Origin: Felis catus
Taxonomy: Eukaryota
Assembly (NCBI RefSeq): GCF_018350175.1
Contig: NC_058368.1
Location: forward strand, 115,632,001 to 115,696,000
Direction: 5' to 3'
DNA length: 64,000 nt
Positions within the stretch are counted from its first letter, which is position 1. Every line of letters starts with the position of its first letter. Positions 22,521 to 32,584 of this stretch are shown piece by piece. The notes below the pieces were generated by a model. It had not been told where the DNA came from. It made no database searches and worked only from the letters and a program-made list of their open reading frames with translations. A program made the translations under genes and the position numbers.

Positions 22521-25189
22521 ATCTGCCCCCTCCCCTCCTTCCTGACCCTTGGGCTCTGGCTGGGGTGGGGGACTATCTGAGACTGCTGTGCATCCGGTGG
22601 GGGGCTGGGACGGGGGTTCCTGGAAGAGGCCACACCCAGGCCCTCATTCTGTGGGGCGGACAGCCCTAGCGCAGACTGAGGGGACTATGAGCCACTGCTC
22701 TCCCACGCAGCCCCTGTCGCTGGGCCAGGCCCCTGGGGGGGAAACTGAGGCTGCGAGGGCGGAGGGGCCCACCCAGAGCTCCCTGTCTGCTGGGGAAAGT
22801 TGGCGGTTGTCCCTCCCAGCTGGGCTCAGAGGCGCTAATGAGAGTTAAATGCAGGGCGTGAGTCACCTCAGGGGCGGGGGGCTGGAACCACCCCCAGATG
22901 TGGATCCTGGGTGGAATGGAGGTTTGTCCAGACGGCTCAGACTTTTCCTCACTTGCCTGTGCTTTACCCCCTACTCCTTGGCAGGTGGGACCTGGATTCC
23001 TGACCCAGCAGATCAGGCCCTGTCACCTGGGCCAACTTCTCTCAAATGGCTGGCTGCCCTAAGGAGTGGGATGGGTTGGGGGTCAGAGACTATGGAACCA
23101 CAGGGGGAATTCCAAATCCGAAGATGGGGTCCAGTACCCCAGGATTTGGGGGTTGGACCAACACCTGGGATTGTCTAGTAGCGGTGAGCCCTGGGATATG
23201 GTGATGTGTCTTGGGATGAGGGGTGGGCAAAGGGCCCAGGCCACCCGGAAGGATCCCTTCAAACCCCTACCGCCCATCTGGCCTCACTCAGACCACCAGG
23301 CTGTGACCACACAGGGTGCCTGTCCCCCCCACTCCTTAGCCCTGACCTCAGACCAGCACAGGGACATCAGTCTGCAGTCCTTATGACAGGGCAGACTGTG
23401 TGTGTATGTGTGTGCATGCATGTGGCCCTGTGACTGGGTCTATTTGTGCCACTGTGTGTATTTGTGACTGAATGTGTTGTTGTGTATATTTATGTGAGAC
23501 TGGATGTCTGTGTGGGTCTCAGTATTGCAGGTGGCTTGAGATGGAATGTGGGTTTCTGCATGTCTATATCTGTGTGTCCCTTCTATGTCTCTGTGTGGGT
23601 CTTTCCGTGTGACTGTGAGTGTCTGTGTCAGCCTAGTCTCATCCACAGGATCCCTGGTCCCTCCCTAAACACCCTATCACCACCACCACCACCAGGAGCC
23701 ACAGGGTTAGCCAAGTGGATCTGGAGGGGGGCTCTGGGGAGATACAGTGCCCGCTGTTTCCAGAATGTAATGGCCCGGCTGGGTGGGCAGCACCAGGGGG
23801 TGGGCGTAGGCAAGGGCAGCCACGGGAGAGAAATGCGGACAGGGGAGGGCCTCTGCTCAGCAGTCCCCTCCCAGCTCCCTCTGCTCCCAGCCCAGCGCCT
23901 CCTGGCAAGAGCTTATTTGCATGGTATTTACATTTCATTTGCATCGCGTTCAATTAAAAACCTGACCAGCTCCCGCCTGCCTGGCGCTGCCTGCCCAGCC
24001 TGGTGAAAATGTTGGTTGGGCATTGCCTGCCGCCTTCCCACCCCCCCCAACCCCCCCACCCCTATGGGTTGACTGATGTGGGAGGGGTCTTCCCTTCCGT
24101 GAGATCATCCAAGTCACCCATCCTAGGAGTGAGAGGGCTAGAAGTACAAATGGAGAAACTGAGCTCTAGAAAGATTGCTGGGAGCTCCAGACTAAGGACC
24201 AGTCTTGGATAGAGCTAGAAGAATATTAGTAGTAACAGCTGCCCTTTACGGAAGAGTCACTGTGCCAGGAGTGGTGCCAACACTTGGAAACAATATCTCA
24301 TTTGAACTTTGCTACCTGTTGAGGTCAGGCCTTGCATTATTTCCATTTCACAGATGTAAAAAAAACTAAGGCTGGAGAGAGCAAGCCCAAGGTCACTCAG
24401 CTGATCCATAATTGAAATCTCTGTCAGTATGACTTTCAAGTCCATGCTCCAGACCCTAAGCATGACTGCTAAAAGTACAGTACTCCCCTCCTGGTGAAGC
24501 AAGCTCATTACCCCCAGAGTCCTTAGCTCCAGGACAAGCTACTGCAGCTTTCACCCTAAGCTGGGGGCTGGCCCAGATGTTGCTTTTCTCTAGCTTCCTA
24601 AACTGACATCCATGCCAATCCCTGGTTATAGGGTGCAACACACCCTGTAGAAGTCTTTTCTGGCACAGGGCCTTAGTCTTGACTGTTGCAGGACTGCCCC
24701 TTTGGGCAGTCAGAGCTAGTGACTTTGTAAAAGACAATTAAAGACCCTAATAATGAAAACAACTCTAGGGGAAACTTATAGCTGGGCTAAGGGTGAAGGA
24801 TAGGTTGGAGAGATCAGGCAGGCCCATGAAAACATCGAAGGCCCAGGAGCAAACTTGGGCACTGGGAACCCTCAAGGCCTCCCCTGTCCTGGATCAGGAG
24901 CCTTCTTGGAACCTCCTCTCACCTGGCCACAGCTCAGCTGGTGGATGTCATCTACACAGGTAGGAACTTTTGGAACTGGGGAGAGTAGAAGTTCCCAGGC
25001 TGTCCATTGAGGGGTCATCTAAGGCCCAGAATCCAGCCCTGGAAGTGGGGACCCCTGGTATTGACAGGCCCCCAGTGCCCTCCCCGCAATAAAGGCCACT
25101 TTTCCCTTCCCCCACCACCCTTAGGGCTCTAGAGGGACTCCACCGACCCTTGAACTGGGGTACCTGGCTAATCAGCAAACACCTCCTGA

Positions 25190-25480
25190 ACTCGTGATTA
25201 GTTCAGGAATAGACACGTGACCTAGGCCTGGCCAATTGGGATGAATCCCAAGGTTTGGGTTGGAATTATTGAGGGGGAGGGGGTCTGATCTGGTAGTGTA
25301 AGAATTTGAGGCCACCATCACTTGAGAGCTATCTATGAATGAATCCAGCAAGGGGAAACTGATCCTTGTATTTGAAGCCCAACATTCCTACCTGAGCCTC
25401 AGAATGAACTGATAGGTTCTAATTTTGCTTCAGCAAGTGTATATTGGGTTTCTGTCACTTGCAGCCTGAAGTCCTTATCA
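25190..25480 (+). mobile_element. Old MaLR LTR fragment (MLT1J/K-like)
   Basis: cacgtgacctaggcctggccaat...ttgggtttctgtcacttgcagcctgaagtcct resembles old MLT1 LTRs. Confidence 0.55.
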
Positions 25481-25790
25481 TTGAGTGCATGCTTTGCCCA
25501 TTTCTGCCTTCAGACCTTTGCCCATGCGTTTCTTTGCCTAGACTGCCCTCCTCTTGCCCTATCCTGACTAGTCATGCCTGTGTTTAGAGGTCCAGCTCAC
25601 TTCTCTGGAAAGCTCACTTCCATTCTGTACCCATCTTTCCTGGCTCCACCCTCCTGGGAGTGTTACCGAGAACTTCTGACCTCTAGCCTGGCTCCCAGTG
25701 TCTATGCCCAGAACTGCTATGCTAATTCCCTTTTCCAGGGCTTGTGTCTCATTGTCCCAGATGATAAATTCCTAAATGGCATAAACTGAG

Positions 25791-25910
25791 GGATGCCTGG
25801 CTGGTTCAGTCAGAGGAATGTGTGACTCTTGATTTTGGGGTTGTGAGTTCGAGCCCCATGTTGGGTGTAGAGATTACTTTAAAAAAAAATCTTAGAAACA
25901 ACAAAAAAGT
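25791..25910 (+). mobile_element. Short old-type CanSINE with an 18-19-bp TSD
   Basis: Head ggatgcctggctggttcagtcag...gactcttgat...gttcgagccccatgttggg. The direct repeat ctaaatggcataaactgag lies at 25772-25790 and 25911-25929. Confidence 0.92.
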
Positions 25911-26337
25911 CTAAATGGCATAAACTGAGTCTCCTCCTAGGAGAGGAGTGATTCAGTACAGTGGTTAGACCCTTGGCTTTGGAATCAGGCAGCCTCAGTT
26001 CAAATTCTGGCCCATCTGTGTGAACTTTGAACCAGTCCCTCCACCTCTGAGCCTTAGTTTTCTGTTCTATAAAATGGGGATGTTGTGAGAATTGAATAAG
26101 TCTGCATGAAAAAAAAAATTACTTAGCACAGTCAGTTCAGAAATGTTTACTACACACCCACTCTGTGCCCAGAACTGAGGGTTCAGCTGTGAAACACCCA
26201 CAGTCATGGCATGGTCCCTTACCCTCAGAGCAGCTGAGGGTAGAAGTTAGGGAAGTGACCCCAGCTGCAGCGGACAGTCAGGAGGGTGGCGGCCATCCTC
26301 CCCAGCCTGCTGGCACTCCTTTCTGTGCACAGGAACA

Positions 26338-26360
26338 CCCCCCCCCCCCCCCCCCCCCCC
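26338..26360 (+). repeat. Poly(C)23 tract
   Basis: Read directly. Confidence 0.95.
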
Positions 26361-26819
26361 GTCCCTTTTCCTTCCAGGGCACTGGGGGCCCTGGGTAGGG
26401 TGAGGCCTGGTCATCCCTTCCCCCTTCCTCTCCCCTCCCTGTTGTCCCTTGGAGCCAGTGCCGCTCAGAGTTAATCTCCTCTCCCGTCAGGGGGTGACAG
26501 GAGGTGTCTGTCATTCGAAGCCGAGGCCGTCAGCCTTGCTGGCTAATTGGGGCGCAGGCGCCGGGAGCACGGGAAATGGCCGGAGGGAAGGAGCGGGAAT
26601 GAGGGAAGGGAGGCTGCCCTCACCTCCTTCCCGCCAGGCTTGGGGCTGATCCACAGGGCTCCTTAGGGGAGGGGAAGGCCAATCAAAGGAGGAAGGGGCT
26701 GTGGGATGGGGACTCTGTGACCTTGGGCATATTGCTATTCCTCTCTGGGCTTCTTATTATTATTCATAATGACAACAGCTAGCCTTTATTGAGCAATTAC
26801 TGTGTAAATCACTTCCCAG

Positions 26820-27365
26820 CATGCCTGCCAAAAACCTCCAATGGTTTTCTATGGCCCTTGGAATTAAAGCCAGACTTCTTCTAAGGTCCTTGAGGACCCC
26901 CAATACTTAAGCCTCTGTCCTCCCAGCTCCCTGTCTCCAGCCACACCAGCCTCCCCATAGGGCAAGTTCTTCCTGCCTCAGGGCCTTTGCACTTGCTGTT
27001 TCTGCTCCTTGGAACACCCTTCCTCAGCCTCTTAATATGATTGACTCCGCCTCATTATTCAGGTCTTGGCTCAAATGACACCTCAGAGACAAGGTTCCCG
27101 ACCACCTCATCCAAAACTCTCTGTCCCCTACCGCCTTTTACACTGTCACCCTTTTACATTATCCTAGTTATATTTTCACAGAATTTGTCATAATGTGAAA
27201 TTCTCTCATATACATATTTGTGGTTTATATTCATTCTCCCTCTCTGGAATGGAAACCCCTAAGAACAGGAGACCTTGTCTCTGTGATTTACTACTGAAAC
27301 CCCAGTGCCTAAAACAATGCCCGGCACTTGGAAAGCACTCAATAGATGGTGATTAAGTAAATGAA
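26820..27365 (+). mobile_element. L2 LINE 3' fragment
   Basis: cagggcctttgcacttgctgtttctgct...ggctcaaatgacacctc...ccccagtgcctaaaacaatgcccggcac...actcaata is the L2 3' end. Confidence 0.8.
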
Positions 27366-27689
27366 ATTCAGGCATTTTATTAAGGACTTCATTCAACTTC
27401 TCAGAAGAATCTTAGACGGTTGGTATTATTTCCGTTTGACATGAGGAAACTGAGGCTCACAAAGATTCTGTGACTCATTGGAGTTAGTCCCAGAACTGTG
27501 ACCCTAGAGGTTTAAGGGCTATGGGGATGATTGTGAGGGCCTCTGCCAGCCTGGCCCCTTGGCTAGCATAGGCCAGTGATGGGGTCATGGCACAAGGAGA
27601 AGAGGCCAAGGGCCAGGAGACGCCACACCAGGGTGGAAAGTTCTGCTGGGGGTCAGCTGAGGGCAGCCCAGGGCACCTCTTTTGGGTTT

Positions 27690-28059
27690 GGGGGCTTAGC
27701 CTATTCAGGCTCCTCTAACAAAATTACCATAGACTGGGTGGCTAAAACAATAAATATTTATTCCTCACAGTTCTGGGGACTGAGAAGTCCAAGATCAAGG
27801 CGCTGGCAGGTTCAATGTCCAATGAAAACTGCTTCCCAGTGCATAGATGGATGGCTGTCTTCTTATGATTCCTTCCATGGTGAAAGGGACTAGAGAGCTC
27901 TCTGGGGTCCCTTTCATAACAGTACTAATCCCACTCCTGACGTCTCTACCCTTGTGACCTAAACACCTCCCAAAGCCTCCACCTCCTAATACTGTAACAC
28001 TGGGGGTTAGGATTTCAATACACACATTTTGGGGGGACACAAACATTCAGTCTATGACA
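27690..28059 (-). mobile_element. MaLR solo LTR (MLT1A-like)
   Basis: taacaaaattaccatagactgggtggct...ctcacagttctgggg...aagtccaagatcaagg...ggggggacacaaacattcagtctatgaca. Confidence 0.85.
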
Positions 28060-28329
28060 GAAGTAGAACCCAACATGCTGTACAGTGAGGTGGGTACATG
28101 AAGCTGGTGGTGCACACGGGGGACCTTCTCACAGTACTGACATTTCCCTGCCTCAGGGCAGGGGTGAGGTGTGAGCTGTGAGCTAGGGTGGCAGGCCAGG
28201 ACTCTCAAAGTCTCTTCCTCCCTTCCTACTTCTTATGTCCCTTCCAGCCTGGCAGTGTGCTGGTTCCTCAAGGCCTGGCACAATCTGGCCCTTGCCTCCC
28301 TTTCACTTCTCTTCCTCTGCTGTCCTTGA

Positions 28330-28512
28330 GAGAGAAAGAGAGAGAGAGGGCACAAGTGATGGTCAGACAGAGAGAGAGAAGCAGGGCTTGTGCTCACCCA
28401 AGGTGGGCACAGAGCTCACCCAATCCCAATGTGGGACTCGAACTCATGAACTGTGGGCTCATGACCTGAGCCGAAGTCAGATGCTTAATGACTGAGCGCC
28501 CCCAGGCACCCT
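28330..28512 (-). mobile_element. CanSINE
   Basis: (GA)n followed by gactcgaactcatgaactgtg...tcatgacctgagccgaagtcagatgcttaatgactgagc...caggcaccc. Confidence 0.88.
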
Positions 28513-29193
28513 TCTCTACTCATCCTTTGAAGCCCAGCCCATCCTGCATTCTTTAGGAAGGGCTTCCAGGGGAGTGTTTGTGCAGTGGTTGCTGTAGGTC
28601 TGATGTCTGCCGGGCTGTCAGCACCCTGTGTCACCCTCAGCACCCATCACATGGCTGCACAAAGCCACTCAGTAAGCATCGTGCTGCCTCCTATCTATCC
28701 ACGGTCCCAGGTAAGCCCATTACTCTAAGTTCCCTGCTGTCTGGTTCCCTATTCAGCTTCCAGGTGCTTCCAAGCCTGAAATCACAGCCTGGAGTGGGGG
28801 AAGGGACATGTATGGACTACAAGATGTCTCTGCAAATCAGTCTTCAACTGCTGACACCTCATGGCCAATCAGACCCCAAGACATTCATTACAGTGATGTC
28901 TGGGTCCAATGAGGACAGGTTATTGGCCTCTGTTAACTCATGTGGATCATGCCGCATGAGCCAATCACAGCAGCTCCCTCTTCCTGTTTCCATGTCAGGA
29001 TCTTTTAGGAGGTCCTAACCTGGTTAAAGGTCTAGGTTGAGGTCAAGCTGTGTGTACTTTGCCCTCCTGCCCCATTATCAGAGCAACAGTTTCCTCCTTT
29101 CCAGTCTTTGCTACCGTCCTGTTCCTGGCATCTGTTTCTTCCTGCCCCTTGTCTCCCTCTCTCCAGCCCAAGTAGCCATATCAGAGAAGTGTA

Positions 29194-29405
29194 GGAGCGC
29201 CTGGGTGGCTCAGTTAAGCACCCAACTCTTGGTTTCACCTCAGATCACGGTTCATGGGTTCAAGCTCTGTGTTGGGCTCTGCACTGACAGCACGGAGCCA
29301 ACTTGGGATTCTCTCTCTCCCTCTCTCTGCCCCTCCCCGACTCATTTTCTCTCTCTCAAAATAAATAAACATTTAAAAATAATAATAAAATTAAAGACAA
29401 AAAAG
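29194..29405 (+). mobile_element. CanSINE
   Basis: Head gagcgcctgggtggctcagttaagc, (CT)n, A-rich tail and TSD aagtgta. Confidence 0.9.
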
Positions 29406-31170
29406 GAAAGTGTATGGGTGTGAGGTCAGCTGTTGGGGAGGCAGACTGGCCCTATGTGAGGGGAGGCTGGGATCCTGCTGGGGGGGAGGGGGTGGGCAGG
29501 AACAGGGCCCTGCAGAGATGCCTCCTCCTTTCCCTTCTTCTCAACCACTGTCAGTGCGAGTCAGGCACCCAGACCCCAGATGTTTCCTGCTGCGCTATGT
29601 ATGTGTGTTTGTGTTCGTGTGCCCCTGCTCCTGCATACACACCAGTGTCGGCCACTGGCTCCCCTGCCCTGACCTACCACTTTCCCCAGGAAGGGATGGA
29701 GGCGAGGTAGGGATGAGGGGAGGCAGGAGGAATCTTCCTATCTCTGTCCCCACAGTACTGGAAATAGACAAGTTTAGGTGGACCCTAAATGGGTACCCCC
29801 AAGCCTCTACTCCCTGTTCTGGGTCAGGGGATGTGGCAGGGGGAGGGGGCGTGGACACCAAGAGGGGGAATAGGGTACCAGGCCTGGCCTCTGTGCCTTT
29901 TAATGTAATGTGAACAGCATGCAAAGCAGATGCAAATATTATGCAAACTAGAACTTTTCTTTTTCTAGTCAACAGCTCTGACAGACTCTGAAATGGGCTA
30001 CAGGGGGCCCAGAACTCAAGGGGAGGTATGGAAGTGAGGGCAGTCATCATCACTGCTTTGTCAAGAGAATGCTACACTCAAAACAGTGCCTACCTGAGCA
30101 CCTACTGCATACCCGGCCCCGGGGTATATAGTATATTGGGCTGCTGAGGAGTCAGATGAAAACCAAGGCATAGAGGAAGTTTAGGAAAGTGAGAACAAGA
30201 TCCGGCTCCATAGGAGTTTGGTTGAAGGACTTTCAGAGACATCCTGCATGCATTTAATAGCATGTGAGACCAGAGAGCAGAGTGGTTAAATTCTCCTGTT
30301 CAGGCCTCACCTAGACCTGGGTTTGGTTCCCAGCTCCATTACTTTAATTGCTGTGTGATCTTAGGCAAGGCACTTTAACTCTGAAGTTTGTTTGTTTGCT
30401 TATACATTGAGAACAGTGATACCATAGACCTCATTGGGTGGTCATAAGGCCTAAGTGACATGTATGGACTGCGGGTGGGGGGTGAGGGCATTGTGCCTGG
30501 CCCAGGGTAAAGTCTCCATAAAGGAGAAATGTGCCTATAGGAACTGCTTTGCTAAGGGAGCCTCCCACCCCTCCACTGGCTACTGCCCCAATGAGCTCCA
30601 ACAGCACAAAATGCAATAAGCAAGCATCTGTTTGGGGGCAGGGCCTGGGTTTGCTTCTCTCTGTCCCCACCACAACCTTGTCTGGAGGGTCACTCAACTG
30701 ATTGAATGAATGATAATTGAATGGTCTCAACTCTTCTGGCAGACAGGGAGGGCAGGCCAGGACTGAGACCACTGAGGGGTTCAGAGGGTTATTCCTGGGT
30801 TGCCGGTTGGGGTCCTGGGATCCCAGCAGTCACTGTAGTAAACAACCACTGGGTGAGTCTCTTTCTATGGATCCCCACCCCCTCAACTTCCCTTCAAACA
30901 AAGGTGTTGGGAGGGGATGGGGGGGGAGGAGCTTCTGCCCTCAGCAAATGAAAACAAGGTCAGAGGTTGGGTGGAAGGCCAGGGGATGGTTCTGGTACAA
31001 AGAGGTAGGTGCATGTCTGGGGAGAAGGGGGAGTTCAGGGCGGCGGTAGAGGTGATTGAGTAGTAACAACACCCATAATAAGAGCCAAAATTTATCAAGC
31101 ACCTAACATTTTACCAGGTTATATACGGTATTCAAACCTTACAGTAACAATCTTGATTATTGACCCCTCC

Positions 31171-31602
31171 TTTTTTTAAAGTTTATTTTATTTTTGAGAG
31201 AGACCGCGAGCAGGGAAGGAGCAGAGAGAGGCGGGGACAGAGGATCCGAAGCAGGCTCCGTGCTGACAGCAGAGAGTCCGATGTGGGGCTTGAACTCACA
31301 AACGGTGAGATTGTGACCTGAGCCGATGTTGGATGCTTAACCACTTAACCGACTGAGCCACCCAGGTGCCCCATCGACACCCCCTTTTAAAATGTATTTT
31401 TATTTTTTGAGAGAGAGCAAAAGAGAGAGAGAGAGAGCACGTGAGAACAGGAGCAGGGGAGGGGCAGAGAATCCCAAGCAGGCTCCACACCACACCGCCA
31501 GCATGCAGCACGATGAGGGGCTCCAACCTACGAACCGTGAGATCATGACCTGAGCAGAATTCAAGAGTCCAACGCGCCACTGACTGAGCCACCCAGGTGT
31601 CC
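31171..31602 (-). mobile_element. Two tandem CanSINEs (31171-31372, 31385-31602) inserted in a MIR
   Basis: Two reverse SINE heads (gactgagccacccaggtg). MIR sequence lies on both flanks. Confidence 0.9.
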
Positions 31603-31799
31603 TGATTATAGTCCCCTTTTTAAATTCTTGAGGAAATTGATAGAGATGCTTGCCCAAGGACACTCAGCTGGTGAGTATCAGCACCAGGATTTGAACCCTG
31701 GCATTCTTGCTCCAAGGCTTTAACATCCACCTCTAAGTAGCTCCTTCCCTGCTCCCAATGGCTGATCCGGGTTCAAATCCCTTTTCCCTCACCAAGCTT

Positions 31800-32455
31800 C
31801 TGTTGCTCTTCTTCACCCCCACATTCCCTTCATCTGCCTGGATATATCACTAATCCAGTAACCTGTCCTCCACCCCATTTCTCCCCTCCACCCCCATGCT
31901 TTTCCCCTCCTCCCTGCTTGTATTTTTGCCTTCTTCTGATCTGTATTGTAGCCAGAGGGATCTTTTAAAAATTTAAGTCAGACCATGTCATTCCCAGCTT
32001 AGAACACACCAAAGACTCCCACTGCACTTTGCATAAACCCTGACCTCTCACCTGATCTGCCAAATCCTGCTCCATTTGTTTCCCCTTTGGACCTGAGGTC
32101 ATGCCCAGAGGGACATGTTCCACACCCTGTCCTTTGCCTGGCTGGTTCCTCCTGATCTTTCAAGCCTCAGTTCAGCTCTCACCCCCTCAGAGAGACCCTC
32201 TTTGACTACTATAGTTAATATGGTCCCCTTCCTGAGGTCAGTCTCACATGACCAATTTTAATATCTCCATGGCTCTTCAGACTGTTTGAAATGATCTTGT
32301 TCAACTATTTGTTTACTTGATTATGGCCTGTCTCCTTGAATTAGAATGTACGTTCTGTGAGTCTGGGGATAAGACGATTTGTTTTCTGGTGTCTTCATAG
32401 TCTAAACAGTGCCTGGCACTTAGTAGGTACTTAAAAACAAAAACATCTGAAAGAA
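31800..32455 (+). mobile_element. L2 LINE fragment
   Basis: gtagccagagggatcttttaaaaatttaagtcagaccatgtcattcc...tctaaacagtgcctggcacttagtaggtactt. Confidence 0.8.
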
Positions 32456-32584
32456 TGTGTGATCTGGATCAAGAAGTCTCGGCCCTTCTCTACCTCAGTT
32501 TCCTTTTTCTATTGGGTTCTGCCTCCTTGGCTCAGCCTCCCCAGGAGCGCTCTGGATGAGCTCAGAGATGGCAAAAGGCTCCCT

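Noticed and set aside
25791..25910. tRNA-Lys-like sequences here and at 1512, 36870, 46771, 46908, 50205 and 62163
   Set aside because: These are tRNA-derived CanSINE heads with A tails and TSDs, not tRNA genes.
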